NCBI GenBank assembly: GCA_031259085.1
Contig: JAIRMA010000037.1
Coordinates: 1,455 to 65,454 of the forward strand
Direction: 5' to 3'
Source: Christensenellaceae bacterium
GTDB taxonomy: Bacteria > Bacillota > Clostridia > Christensenellales > DTU072
DNA length: 64,000 bases
The notes below the pieces were generated by a model. It was not told where the DNA came from, made no database searches, and saw only the letters and a list, made by a program, of their open reading frames with translations. Numbering within the stretch: the stretch's first letter is position 1; each line of letters begins with the position of its first letter. This document shows, one piece after another, positions 27,873-38,386 of this stretch. The position numbers and the translations under genes were made by a program.

Positions 27873-30347
27873 TTAAAAGATCGATTCTTTAGCAGCTCTT
27901 ATTCTTTGTGCTTCTAGAGCCTGTCTTTTTCGTTCAAGTCTGAGTGCCGCGCGGTTCTTTTTTTGTACTTTTTTATCTATGCTTTTTATAATAAAGTTGA
28001 TAGCAAAATATAATGGTATTGAGACTAAGGAACAGATTAGAGTGGTTATAGCCATTTGTCTGTCTAATGTTGTATTAAGCCCGAAAAATTTCTGTATGTC
28101 AAACACTCCAAAATTTAGAACGAATGCCAATACAAACACAAGCATCATGCCGAGAAGCAATACTATTCTCAATGGATTAAATGGAAAACTAATTTTAGCT
28201 AAAAAAGTAAATCCAACTGTAGCAGTGACTATTAAGCACATAACAGATACTTGTTCCACGACAATTGAGGGAACCCCCTTTGCTATCAACACTACGGTCA
28301 CTACCATACTAGCAATTGTAATAGCACCTGGCAGAGCGTTAGTTAATACCTTACTAAAGAATTTACCTTTTATCCTATCTTTATTGGGTTGCAACGCTAA
28401 TATGTATGATGGGATGCCTATTGTCACCATCCCTAAGAGAGTTAGGTGTTTAGGCGCAAACGGCAATTCAGCGCTGAGTATCATAAACAGTAGAGCAAAC
28501 AAAAGTGAATATCCAGTTTTGACTAAATATAAAGATGCAGATCGTTCAAGGTTATTTATGCTACGTCGCCCCTCTGCCACTATCTTAGGCATAGACGCAA
28601 AATTGCTGTCTAATAATACAAGACGTGATACATTTTTTGCAGCATCACTGCCTGAGGCCATCGCTATTGAACAGTCAGCCTCCTTAAGCGCTAGCACGTC
28701 GTTAACGCCATCACCAGTCATAGCAACAGTATGTCCGTCTGACCTTAATGCTTTTACTAACTCTAATTTTTGATCTGGGGTTACTCTCCCAAATATTGTA
28801 TATTTGCGCGATGCTTCATATATATCCTGAGATGATTTTAATGTGGTTGCATCGATATAATTTTCGTAGTTTTTGACGCCAGCGCGCATTGCTATGCTTT
28901 TAACAGTAACAGGATTATCCCCAGATATTATTTTAATATTAACCCCTTGCGTCTCAAAATATTGGAGTGTGTCATGTGCTTCTTTCCTTATCTTGTCGCT
29001 TATAACTATATATCCTAACAAAGATGACTGTTGAGGGGTTTCACTGCTTTTTAATGAATCACACTTTGCTAGAACTAATACTCTATTGCCTCTTGCAGAA
29101 TGATGTTTTAGGATTTTATCCATTTTTTCAGGAATGTTTTTGAATATGAATTCAGCAGCTCCTAACACATAAGTCCCAGAAGGAAATTCAGCAGCACTCC
29201 ACTTTCTAGCAGATGAAAATGGAACTATCGAAATAGCTGTCTCTGTTACACTGACAGTTTTTGTATAATTCTTAATCGCATCTGCAGTAGGATTTTTATC
29301 ACCAATTGCCTCATTCATGTTTTTTAAGACAAATAGCATTTCGTCATCTATAATCCCATTAGGGACAATTTCTGCAACCTCCATTATCCCCTCAGTGATC
29401 GTACCTGTCTTATCTAAACAAAGAACATCAACCCGAGCTAACGTCTCTATACAATATAGATCCTGAGCTAGCGCATTGTATGATCCAAGTCTAATCACAC
29501 TAACACAAAAAACACCCGACGTTAATAGCATTAACCCGCTAGGTATCATTCCAATGATCGTACCAATCACTGTTATTACGGTTTCAGGCAAATTAGTCAT
29601 GTGGTTGTGTATAACATATTTAACACAAAATAAGGAAATTCCAACAGGAATTATGATGATTGCCATTAGTTTAATAAATCGCTTGACTGATGTTAATATT
29701 ACAGAGCTAGGCGCCCTAAAATATTTAGCACCTGCAGAAATCTTATTAGCATAATTGTCTTTGCCTACATGCACTACTTTAGCAATAGCACTCCCCGATA
29801 TCACAAAACTCCCAGACATTAATATTGATCCAGGCGCTTTAATAACTGGATCAGATTCTCCTGTTAAAAGTGATTCGTTTACCTCTATAGACCCATCTAA
29901 AACTTCAGCATCTGATAATATTTGATTTCCAGCTTCTAAAATCATAATGTCGTCTAAAACAATGTCTTTTGTTAGAATTTCCTCTTTTTTAGAATTTCTG
30001 ACGACAAGACACTTAGGAGCCTGCAGGAGTGTTAATTTGTCTATTGTTCGCTTAGCTTTAACTTCTTGTATTACGCTAGCTGAAAAGTTTAATAAGACAA
30101 CAAAAAGAAATCCAAAATTAGAAAATCCATCTGCATCAGGTTCAGTAAAGAAACATAAAATTATAGCTAAACTAATAAGTAATAAATTAAAAAACGTCAG
30201 TCCGTTTGTTTTAATAATTTGAGCTATGGTCTTAGTCTTAATCTCTCCCGACCCATTGCTAAGTCCTTGCTCAATACGATCATCTACCTCATCATATGTT
30301 AATCCTTTATATTTAATTTCTTCTTTTTTATGTACCATTCCCATCAC
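27873..30347 (-). CDS. Cation-translocating P-type ATPase; ion specificity not determinable
   Basis: TGESDPV, CLDKTGTITEG (phosphorylation site) and MTGDGVNDVLALKEADCSIAM, with about 10 TM helices. The true start may be the third Met (30338), which follows AGGTGA. Confidence 0.9.
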   Translation of the reverse strand: MMGMVHKKEEIKYKGLTYDEVDDRIEQGLSNGSGEIKTKTIAQIIKTNGLTFFNLLLISLAIILCFFTEPDADGFSNFGFLFVVLLNFSASVIQEVKAKRTIDKLTLLQAPKCLVVRNSKKEEILTKDIVLDDIMILEAGNQILSDAEVLDGSIEVNESLLTGESDPVIKAPGSILMSGSFVISGSAIAKVVHVGKDNYANKISAGAKYFRAPSSVILTSVKRFIKLMAIIIIPVGISLFCVKYVIHNHMTNLPETVITVIGTIIGMIPSGLMLLTSGVFCVSVIRLGSYNALAQDLYCIETLARVDVLCLDKTGTITEGIMEVAEIVPNGIIDDEMLFVLKNMNEAIGDKNPTADAIKNYTKTVSVTETAISIVPFSSARKWSAAEFPSGTYVLGAAEFIFKNIPEKMDKILKHHSARGNRVLVLAKCDSLKSSETPQQSSLLGYIVISDKIRKEAHDTLQYFETQGVNIKIISGDNPVTVKSIAMRAGVKNYENYIDATTLKSSQDIYEASRKYTIFGRVTPDQKLELVKALRSDGHTVAMTGDGVNDVLALKEADCSIAMASGSDAAKNVSRLVLLDSNFASMPKIVAEGRRSINNLERSASLYLVKTGYSLLFALLFMILSAELPFAPKHLTLLGMVTIGIPSYILALQPNKDRIKGKFFSKVLTNALPGAITIASMVVTVVLIAKGVPSIVVEQVSVMCLIVTATVGFTFLAKISFPFNPLRIVLLLGMMLVFVLAFVLNFGVFDIQKFFGLNTTLDRQMAITTLICSLVSIPLYFAINFIIKSIDKKVQKKNRAALRLERKRQALEAQRIRAAKESIF

Positions 30348-30359
30348 CTATTGAAAAAA

Positions 30360-30614
30360 TTAAATATCGCCATCTGTGTCAATTTTAGACTGAACTGGAT
30401 CAGTATTAGAGTTTGCACTCTTTGAAAATTTTTGTTTTAAACGCTTGAATTTGTCTTTTATATCTGCTTTTGTAATTGCAGTAACTTTATTTAGAATTAT
30501 TACAGCTACAAAGATTAATGTCATGACTATAAAAATTGCCAACATTCCCTGCCAGGTTAAATTAGCAGCATTTATTAAGGCGTCTTTGTCTATTTTAGCT
30601 AATAAAGTACTCAT
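30360..30614 (-). CDS. Small single-pass membrane protein, OadG-like (gamma subunit of Na+-translocating decarboxylases)
   Basis: 84 aa with one N-proximal TM helix (GMLAIFIVMTLIFVAVIIL). Lies 11 nt downstream of the beta-subunit gene. Assignment rests on size, topology and position only. Confidence 0.5.
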   Translation of the reverse strand: MSTLLAKIDKDALINAANLTWQGMLAIFIVMTLIFVAVIILNKVTAITKADIKDKFKRLKQKFSKSANSNTDPVQSKIDTDGDI

Positions 30615-30625
30615 GTATTAACCTC

Positions 30626-31849
30626 CTAAATAACACCTGTTAGCATCATTGGCACTAATGCTAAGACAACGCCGCCAGCTACTACAGATCCAATTTGCCC
30701 AGATACATTAGCACTTAGAGCGTGCATTAATAAATGATTAGAAGGATCAGTTTTGAGCCCGAGTTTTTGAACTACTCTAGCTGACATTGGAAAAGCTGAT
30801 ATACCAGCAGCGCCTACCATGGGATTGATTTTTTTAGATTTTGGCAAGAATATGTTAATTAGCTTTGCAAACATAACACCGCCAACAGAGTCCATAACAA
30901 AACCAAACAACCCAAATCCCATTATCATTAAAGTCTCTATGCGTATAAAAGCGTCAGCCTTCATGCTGAATGCCACCGTTATGCCTAATAATAAAGTTAT
31001 GAGGTTTGCTAGCATTTTCTGGGCAGCATCTGATAAAGTATTCAGCACCCCGCACTCGCGCAAAAGGTTGCCAAACATCAGCATACCAACCAAAGCAATT
31101 GATGCAGGTGCTATTAATCCAGCTATAATTGTGACTATTATTGGAAATAAAATCTTGGATGCACGTGACACTTTCTTTGGATTATACGCCATCTTTATAG
31201 CACGTTCTTTTTTTGTAGTGACAGCCTTAATAGCCATTGGCTGTATTATTGGAACCAATGCCATATATGAGTACGCCACTACAATCACCGCTGCTAAATA
31301 TTGTGTTTTTAAAAGATTGCCAACTAAAATAGAGGTAGGCCCATCAGCTGCTGCGATTATACCTGACGATGCAGCATCGGAAAGGTTGAATCCACATAGA
31401 ACCGCCAATACAATAGTTGCAAATATGCCAAATTGTGCCGCTGCACCAAAAAATAACAGCTTTGGATTAGATAACAGCGGACCGAAATCAATCATGGCCC
31501 CTATTCCAATGAATAACAATAATGGCATCACCTCTGATGCATCTATGCCATATTTATATAGCCATTCGATTACACCTGGTGCCTCTATGGTGTCACTTAA
31601 TATTTGATCAATTGCACCTGAAAAAGGCAAGTTAATGAGGATCGCGCCAAATCCCATCGGTAAAAGCAAAGATGGTTCTAATTCTTTCTTTATAGCAAGG
31701 AAAATTAATATAGCACCTATTATCCACATGACAATCATTTTCCAATTGTCACCAGTGGCTAGATTTTGAAAACTTCTAATTAAAAAATCAAGACCCATGA
31801 ATTTGGATTCTCCGTTTTTATTTGTAGTATTTAAGCTTGCATCGAGCAT
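30626..31849 (-). CDS. Sodium ion-translocating decarboxylase beta subunit (OadB/GcdB/MmdB family)
   Basis: Polytopic. EPSLLLPMGFGAILINLP and C-terminal ...SANVSGQIGSVVAGGV are characteristic of the family. The start may be the internal Met at 31798. Confidence 0.85.
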   Translation of the reverse strand: MLDASLNTTNKNGESKFMGLDFLIRSFQNLATGDNWKMIVMWIIGAILIFLAIKKELEPSLLLPMGFGAILINLPFSGAIDQILSDTIEAPGVIEWLYKYGIDASEVMPLLLFIGIGAMIDFGPLLSNPKLLFFGAAAQFGIFATIVLAVLCGFNLSDAASSGIIAAADGPTSILVGNLLKTQYLAAVIVVAYSYMALVPIIQPMAIKAVTTKKERAIKMAYNPKKVSRASKILFPIIVTIIAGLIAPASIALVGMLMFGNLLRECGVLNTLSDAAQKMLANLITLLLGITVAFSMKADAFIRIETLMIMGFGLFGFVMDSVGGVMFAKLINIFLPKSKKINPMVGAAGISAFPMSARVVQKLGLKTDPSNHLLMHALSANVSGQIGSVVAGGVVLALVPMMLTGVI

Positions 31850-32670
31850 TTACACATTAGATATGTGATAAATACTGCTCTATCACTTAATGTAACATTA
31901 TAGTGGACTATAGTTTGAGACACTATTAACTGAAAGCCACAAAATTTGAAATTTGAAATGCTTTTATTTTTATTTGCGCCCTTATCAAAATTGAGCGTGC
32001 ATCAATAATCATTGAATTAATAAAACTATATACTATTTTGTATAGATTGTCAACAAAGTGATAATTGTATTTTTCTGATTACTAACTAACAATTCAAATG
32101 ATCTGCCACCCGACATTGGGATTTTCGCATTTTAATCATTTGTATTTTGATTTGATTTAATATATGAAAGCTATCCAATATGATCTCTCTGGTATAATTC
32201 CTTTAGATATTTCTAGTATATTCCATCTACATCTCACACTTATTTATCGATCGCATCTATCTCATATCAAAAATACATGAGTTTACCTCCTGGACGGATC
32301 ATAACAGCACAAATTATCTGGGTTTTTAAGGAATTTCAACAAAACTATGGATCGTTTTATTATTATGAATATATTTAAATAATGCCACATTCAAAATAAT
32401 ACAATGTGTTATTATATGATTGCTTTTCTAGTTCGGTTTAATGAGTTTTTTGTGAGATTCTGTTTTTTGAATCTTTTACTTGTATCTGTTGATTATGTTG
32501 CATAAGTATTATATGATAATATTTAAGTGTATAAATATTTTAAACTATCATTAATTCAATTTCAATTTAACATGAAACACTTTTTGTCTTAAAAAAATAA
32601 CTTGTTCTTATTTTATTTAAGGTGTAGTCCTGTTTTTAGTTTAAAAGAACTTGTTATATCAATTCTATAC

Positions 32671-33675
32671 TTAACAAAATTCCCTTTTTATAAATCGCGT
32701 TCTCGCTAGAAAAAGAATACCAATAATCAAACCCCATCTAACGATATACAATACAGAGTTTAACCATATTGGAATACCACTGGAATAAAAGAGAGATGGT
32801 TCAGCAAAAAATGCATTTACGACACCACGTGTCGATGTGCCCAATAAAATGTAAGTAATAATTATGATTGAATTTGCTAGAATAGCTATGTACATGTTTT
32901 TAATAAATGTGCTGATTGAAAAGATTAGTATAGTTAAAAATACAACCACCATAAACGCACATAACCAGATGAATATTAAATAGTGAATTGTTTGCATAAC
33001 AAAAATCTTTTCGATATCATCAAAGACAAGTATCTTAAAATTTATTCTATAAACAGAAGAGATTATGAGTGTTACTATTAAAAGAAATATAAATACAAAA
33101 AAGACTAGAATTTGTAATGCAAAAAATTTGTTTCTTAAAATCACATTACGTCTCGTGTTAGAAGCATAAATTTGTTTCCAAATTCCGTTAGAAAAATCAT
33201 AGTTTATTATCACTGCACACATTATTATGGCCATTATAACAGTCGATATCACTACAAGCAATTGACTTTGTAAATTAAAGTCAAGTTTATCACCTACTGA
33301 GTTATCAATACTGTTTATGCTTGTGTAGTTATTAATAAAATCGTCATATTTAATATTATTAGCTATAATATATTTGTACAGTCTTATTGTTCTATTGTTA
33401 AATTCGATTTCCATATCCTTTAGATTTTTTGACTTTTCTAGGTCATCATTTGCACTTTCTAGCTCACTTATACGGACCTCTAATTCAGCTATAGTAGTAT
33501 ATTCGCTTACTTTATATGGCTGTTTGTTAACACTGTTCAATAAATAATTCGCACCTACTATCATTATAATAATAAATAGAGTTATACCCACTATGGTTAG
33601 TACATGGCTTTTTAATAATCTTGAAATTTCTCTTATCATGTTGCACCCTAATTTTCTCTTAGATGTTGTTATCAT
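32671..33675 (-). CDS. ABC-2-type permease-like membrane protein with a coiled-coil extracytoplasmic loop
   Basis: TM1, then a ~100-aa loop (ELEVRISELESANDDLEKSKNLKDMEIE), then 5 TM helices. Immediately follows the ABC ATPase. The start is possibly the Met at 33639. Confidence 0.6.
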   Translation of the reverse strand: MITTSKRKLGCNMIREISRLLKSHVLTIVGITLFIIIMIVGANYLLNSVNKQPYKVSEYTTIAELEVRISELESANDDLEKSKNLKDMEIEFNNRTIRLYKYIIANNIKYDDFINNYTSINSIDNSVGDKLDFNLQSQLLVVISTVIMAIIMCAVIINYDFSNGIWKQIYASNTRRNVILRNKFFALQILVFFVFIFLLIVTLIISSVYRINFKILVFDDIEKIFVMQTIHYLIFIWLCAFMVVVFLTILIFSISTFIKNMYIAILANSIIIITYILLGTSTRGVVNAFFAEPSLFYSSGIPIWLNSVLYIVRWGLIIGILFLARTRFIKREFC

Positions 33676-34498
33676 CTTTGATTTCAGTTATTCCTATCAA
33701 TGAATAGTCGGCTAACCTTTTAATAATTGAACTGATATCATCCTCTATTGCCTTAACGATGATGGAATTCTCTTGGTATGATTCTTTACAGGAAAATTCC
33801 CCTATTACGCTTTTTGCAAAAGAAATATCATTTAAATTAGCGAATTTAATTAAGAATGATTTTTGCTTAAGACTGTTAGTAACTGTATGCTCGTTTGCGC
33901 ATAATACACCATTTTTCAATTGATATATTTTATTACAATAATCTTGTATTCTAGACATATTGTGAGTAACAGTTATGATGCTTTTGCCAGCTACTCGTTT
34001 TGAATTTATAATATTAATAATTTTAGTAACAGTTTCGTAGTCAATGGAATTGAATGGCTCGTCTAACAAATACAACTCACTGTCTCGCGCGAAAGTTATT
34101 GCTAGAGCTAATTTCTGTTTCATCCCCATTGAATATCTGCGAACACTTCTATCAAGATAATCTCCTATTCCAAAATCAGAGACTAGTAGAATTGCATTAT
34201 CTGCATCCTTTTTGTTTAGAATATACTTTATGTTATCTCGACCAGTTAATCCATCAATGAAATGCGGGTTTTCAATTAAAGCCGAAAATGTTTTGAAGTT
34301 TTTGTAACATAAACCCTCAAACTTAGTTATAAATCCGCAGATTATTTTGAGTATTGTTGACTTTCCCGTCCCATTTTTCCCAATAATTCCAATACAATGA
34401 GCTGTCGGTAACTCAAGATTCAATTTACACAAAACTCTGTTATCTGAGTAGCTTTTGTCAACGTCTAGTAGTTTTAACATGATATTTGAATCAATCAT
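33659..34498 (-). CDS. ABC transporter ATP-binding protein with a ~70-aa C-terminal extension
   Basis: Walker A GKNGTGKST, signature variant YSMGMKQK, Walker B LYLLDEPFNSID, H-loop TVTHN. Confidence 0.9.
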   Translation of the reverse strand: MIDSNIMLKLLDVDKSYSDNRVLCKLNLELPTAHCIGIIGKNGTGKSTILKIICGFITKFEGLCYKNFKTFSALIENPHFIDGLTGRDNIKYILNKKDADNAILLVSDFGIGDYLDRSVRRYSMGMKQKLALAITFARDSELYLLDEPFNSIDYETVTKIINIINSKRVAGKSIITVTHNMSRIQDYCNKIYQLKNGVLCANEHTVTNSLKQKSFLIKFANLNDISFAKSVIGEFSCKESYQENSIIVKAIEDDISSIIKRLADYSLIGITEIKDDNNI

Positions 34499-35204
34499 TT
34501 ATTACATCTTCCCAAACTAATTTTAACCCATTCTCGTGTGGTGTTATTACAAGATTTTTGTCTTTTCTAATTATAAATTCTTCTAATTCACTATCTGAAT
34601 TACGGGTGTATGCAAACAAACGCACAACTTGATCCGTCTCATTAATTGAACCCACATATTCTTGGTTTATATTTTTAAATGTTTCAACAAACGCTTGAAA
34701 ATTATCATAAAACAAAATGGAATCCCAGGTAAGATAAACTGTGTCAGATGGATCTTCAAAAGACTTATATTGATCATCAGGGCTGGTGAGAATTGGAAAA
34801 TCTATGTCAGATTCGTTAAGCTTACCTATTGTAATATATGCGCTGTGGACAAAAAAAACGTTGTTCGGCTCTTGCCTAACGGTAAAATAGTAATTATCAT
34901 ATAGGAATAAGTAAATATTATAATCTTTATTTCCATTTGCTTTTTGAACCAAATATTCACTGTTTAGTATGAATTCAAGAAAAGTTCCATCTTTTGCAGA
35001 AAAGCGCATATAGTTGTAATGAAAATCGTAATATATATTGCCTACCTTGTGTGATCCAAAAGACATGGTTACTTTATCATCAAATGATTCTATTGAAATT
35101 TCTTTTTTTGCATTAGCAATAATGAAATATGTTGATAATGAAATAGCGATAATTACTATAACAATAATCAAGATAATAAAATTTTTATTTCGCAATTTTT
35201 TCAT
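34491..35204 (-). CDS. Signal-anchored extracytoplasmic protein, unknown function
   Basis: 237 aa. MKKLRNKNFIILIIVIVIIAISLSTYFIIANA anchor. No recognisable family. Sits 2 nt after the preceding gene and overlaps the next by 8 nt. Confidence 0.6.
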   Translation of the reverse strand: MKKLRNKNFIILIIVIVIIAISLSTYFIIANAKKEISIESFDDKVTMSFGSHKVGNIYYDFHYNYMRFSAKDGTFLEFILNSEYLVQKANGNKDYNIYLFLYDNYYFTVRQEPNNVFFVHSAYITIGKLNESDIDFPILTSPDDQYKSFEDPSDTVYLTWDSILFYDNFQAFVETFKNINQEYVGSINETDQVVRLFAYTRNSDSELEEFIIRKDKNLVITPHENGLKLVWEDVIND

Positions 35205-35206
35205 GT

Positions 35207-36004
35207 TTAAATCTTTACCTTTGTTAACACAAATTCTGAATAACTGAAAGATGATTCAGGATAATATGAGTATTGATCGTTATTTAGATTATCTGTTGCA
35301 TCCTTCCATCCGTCATTAACTATAACAAATTTTTCCTCTTTTGTAGTGGAGGTAGTAATGAATAAGAATTTAGTTTTGTAAGTGACAGTGTAATATGCAT
35401 AACCCACAGCATGCATACTGTGACTAATAACAGATAATATTGTCGTATAACCATCATCAATGTTTTTTGTTAATGTGTTGTATATGCTTACATAGTCATT
35501 ATTGCCTCTTTTAGAAGAGCCAGTAGCAAAAAATGATTTGGTAACTAAATTATCAATAACAGACCCACTTGTGCCATCAGTGGTCCAATATGCATTATAA
35601 ATAGCTACATCCATAACAGTTTTAAATGTTTCGTAGGAGCTGTTTCTACCATCTCTCCCATGTGATCTAATTAGAAGCGTTGTTGCTATCTCACTACAAG
35701 TCCCATTTACAGATATGCCTGTTTTAGCTTTGTAATAGTAATTATGTGTTCCTTGAGAAATGTTCGGAGATGAAATTAACTTGTGCTTTGAAAGACTAAT
35801 AGAAAGACTAAGTTTTCCATTATACTTACTCTTTAGATGACTAACAACAAGACTTTGAGAATTTAACAAATCAGCAGCGGTGCCTAATTCTAAATTATTA
35901 AAAACTACATTAGTAACTGGGATTGCTATAGCTCCTAGTAACAGTAATATAGATACCATAATAGCAGAAAAAGCCACAATTTTTTGAAGATGTTTTCTTT
36001 TCAT
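35207..36004 (-). CDS. Secreted papain-fold cysteine peptidase-like protein
   Basis: N-terminal signal/anchor. Ordered Cys...His...Asn/Asp-Trp pattern (NGTCSEIATT, SMHAVGYAYY, VNDGW) as in clan CA peptidases. RBS AAGGTGGTG. Family not identified. Confidence 0.55.
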   Translation of the reverse strand: MKRKHLQKIVAFSAIMVSILLLLGAIAIPVTNVVFNNLELGTAADLLNSQSLVVSHLKSKYNGKLSLSISLSKHKLISSPNISQGTHNYYYKAKTGISVNGTCSEIATTLLIRSHGRDGRNSSYETFKTVMDVAIYNAYWTTDGTSGSVIDNLVTKSFFATGSSKRGNNDYVSIYNTLTKNIDDGYTTILSVISHSMHAVGYAYYTVTYKTKFLFITTSTTKEEKFVIVNDGWKDATDNLNNDQYSYYPESSFSYSEFVLTKVKI

Positions 36005-36771
36005 ATTTTCACCACCTTAATTAAATTTTTGTTAATTTGCGCATGAGCCTTCAAATGAGATTTTTTTTAACACTGGTAAATCTATAAATTTATGTCTTTA
36101 CAAAAATACATTACTTAGAAATTTTTGCATTAACAACTTTTGTTAAAAAAAATAACGCTTTCTAGATTCAACCTAGCAATTATATATTGATAGTAAAGCA
36201 TTGTCAATCATTTTCGTTTAAAATTGAATAATTAACCGAAAATTTGATGAGAAATGTTTTAAAAATTAATACTCAAAGCAATATAATTACTTTTCAATTA
36301 CTTAACGTACAAAAACAAGTGATAAACTTTTGAATTAGATAATGTAAAATAGAAGATTTAAGTGATAATAGGTGGTCTCCTTTTACTATTCACATCTAAT
36401 TTAAAATAAATATCAAATAGCTCTTAAACAATATCAATCAAATGACATCATCAATTAGAAATTTGATCAAATATGATCAGGTATGGTTTATAGGATGCGC
36501 ACACATGGCGACGAAACACAAAAGAAAAGTTAATTGCGCCATGTTTAACATAAATAATACGTGTATGATTGCGGATTTGCATCGTGGTTAAACCTGATAA
36601 AGACAAATATAATTCAAACTGGAATTTTATGAGAATTGTACAGTGACTAAAATTAAAAACTTATATTGTTCTTAAAAACAAGCGACAATAATGAGTGATT
36701 TTGATTTTTTAATTTTTGAAAACCTCCGAATTTATTTTAGGTTTAGTCCCTAAAAATGTGAATTCTTGTAT

Positions 36772-37374
36772 TTAGAAATTTACAATTTCTCCTATTGTCA
36801 AAGCCTTGTAAATTTCGGCTAGTATTTCATCTTTTCCTATTTTTTTTAGCGCCGACATAATAACCGCATTATCACGGCCAGCACCTAAAACACTCGTAAT
36901 ATTTATTAATCTTTTATTGACTTGCATTTTTGATAATTTGTCACTTTTTGTGACCACAATAGTAAAAGGGATAGCATAGTGATGTAAATAATTAACTAGT
37001 GTTATATCGTCGTTGTTTGGATCGCGTCTTACATCTATTAATACAAAAACAAGCTTTAATGATTTTGAGGCACTAAAATAATTTTCCATTAATATGCGCC
37101 ATTTATCCAATTCCTGCCTTGGAACTTTTGCAAAACCATATCCTGGAAGATCAACTAAGTTAAATTCGTTATTGCATAAGTAATAGTTTAATAGGCGGGT
37201 ACGTCCAGGCGTTTTGCTCGTGTATGCTAGTTTTGAATTATTTGTTATATAATTAATAAAACTAGATTTTCCAACATTTGACCTGCCTGCGATTGCAATT
37301 TCAGGCATTTCATTCACAGGTAATTGTTTTATATCGCCTACTGATGTTATAAATTGCACTTGCTTGATTACCAT
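36772..37374 (-). CDS. engB: Ribosome-biogenesis GTPase YihA/YsxC
   Basis: 200 aa. G1 GRSNVGKSSFIN, G3 DLPGYGFA, G4 TKSDK. Confidence 0.9.
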   Translation of the reverse strand: MVIKQVQFITSVGDIKQLPVNEMPEIAIAGRSNVGKSSFINYITNNSKLAYTSKTPGRTRLLNYYLCNNEFNLVDLPGYGFAKVPRQELDKWRILMENYFSASKSLKLVFVLIDVRRDPNNDDITLVNYLHHYAIPFTIVVTKSDKLSKMQVNKRLINITSVLGAGRDNAVIMSALKKIGKDEILAEIYKALTIGEIVNF

Positions 37375-37589
37375 ATATTATCCTCGCTCATTCAATACTA
37401 GCTAGCACTTGAAAATTGCATATGTCTAAATTTATGAATATCCTTTGGTTTGATATTTATTATACTAAAATTATATAGATATATGTTTTCTTTGTCAATA
37501 ATTATCACAATCTATACTATCAGGTATATTGTATAAATTTATTCCCCATGGCTGTTGTTAGAGCCTGAATAATAAATCTATTGTTTTAT

Positions 37590-37618
37590 TTGACAATAAA
37601 GCGTTATTATGCTAACAT
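37590..37618 (+). promoter_or_regulatory. Candidate sigma-A-type promoter for the NifU-like/GGGtGRT operon
   Basis: TTGACA (37590-37595), 17-nt spacer, TAACAT (37613-37618), about 60 nt upstream of the ATG at 37678. Confidence 0.45.
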
Positions 37619-37677
37619 ATTGATATAACTGTGTATTGATATTTTATATGTCTATAATCAGCACAAGGAGGAATGCA

Positions 37678-38373
37678 ATGCAGTATTCACATGAAATAGA
37701 ACACATGTGTTGTGTCAGAAAAGGATGTGACCATGGTCCAGCGCCAATTCCACAAGAAGGGAAATGGGTTCAGGCAAAAGAGATAAAAGATATATGTGGG
37801 CTCACACACGGTGTCGGGTGGTGTGCGCCGCAACAAGGAGCTTGCAAACTGACACTCAATGTTAAGGAAGGAATTATACGGGAAGCATTGGTTGAAACTG
37901 TAGGTTGTACAGGAATGACCCATTCTGCAGCTATGGCCGCTGAAATTTTGAGTGGCAAAACTATACTAGAGGCTCTAAATACTGATTTAGTTTGTGACGC
38001 TATAAATGTTGCAATGCGCGAATTATTCTTGCAAATAGTATATGGAAGAACCCAATCAGCTTTTTCAGACGATGGTTTACCAATCGGAGCTGGGCTTGAG
38101 GATCTAGGTAAAGGGCTCAGAAGTCAAATTGGCACAATGTATTCAACTGAAGCTAAAGGTGTACGATACTTAGAAATGGCAGAAGGTTATGTAACACGCC
38201 TAGCGCTCGATGCTAATGACGAGGTCATAGGGTACGAGTTTGTTCGAATGGGTCCAATGATGGAAATGATTACCGTAAAAGGTATTGAACCAGCAGAGGC
38301 ATTGAAAAAATGCACAGGAACATATGGCAGATTTAATGAAGCGGTTAAAACTATTAACCCAAGATTGCAATAG
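37678..38373 (+). CDS. Cys-rich protein with an IscU/NifU-N-like scaffold segment
   Basis: I prefer the start at 37678 (AAGGAGG at 37665-37671) over the track start at 37636. Carries HMCCVRKGCDHG, GWCAPQQGAC and ETVGCTGMTHSAAMAAEILSGKTILEALN. Family recognition is by eye and moderate. Confidence 0.6.
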   Translation: MQYSHEIEHMCCVRKGCDHGPAPIPQEGKWVQAKEIKDICGLTHGVGWCAPQQGACKLTLNVKEGIIREALVETVGCTGMTHSAAMAAEILSGKTILEALNTDLVCDAINVAMRELFLQIVYGRTQSAFSDDGLPIGAGLEDLGKGLRSQIGTMYSTEAKGVRYLEMAEGYVTRLALDANDEVIGYEFVRMGPMMEMITVKGIEPAEALKKCTGTYGRFNEAVKTINPRLQ

Positions 38374-38386
38374 GAGGTAGAATTGA

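Noticed and set aside
18329-31849. Many long antisense ORFs on the track (e.g. 19014-19427, 19923-20414, 20529-21044, 27979-28773, 30819-31607, 26844-27368)
   Set aside because: Each lies wholly inside a confidently identified minus-strand gene (purL, P-type ATPase, decarboxylase beta, purE). Their sequences are low-complexity and hydrophobic, typical of antisense frames.
36481-36600. Locally G+C-richer patch in the 36005-36771 spacer, with small ORFs of 28 aa (+) and 43 aa (-) and an 8-bp inverted repeat (ACATGGCG...CGCCATGT)
   Set aside because: It has no convincing RBS, no family resemblance and a weak stem with a 27-nt loop. It cannot be supported as a peptide or sRNA from sequence alone.
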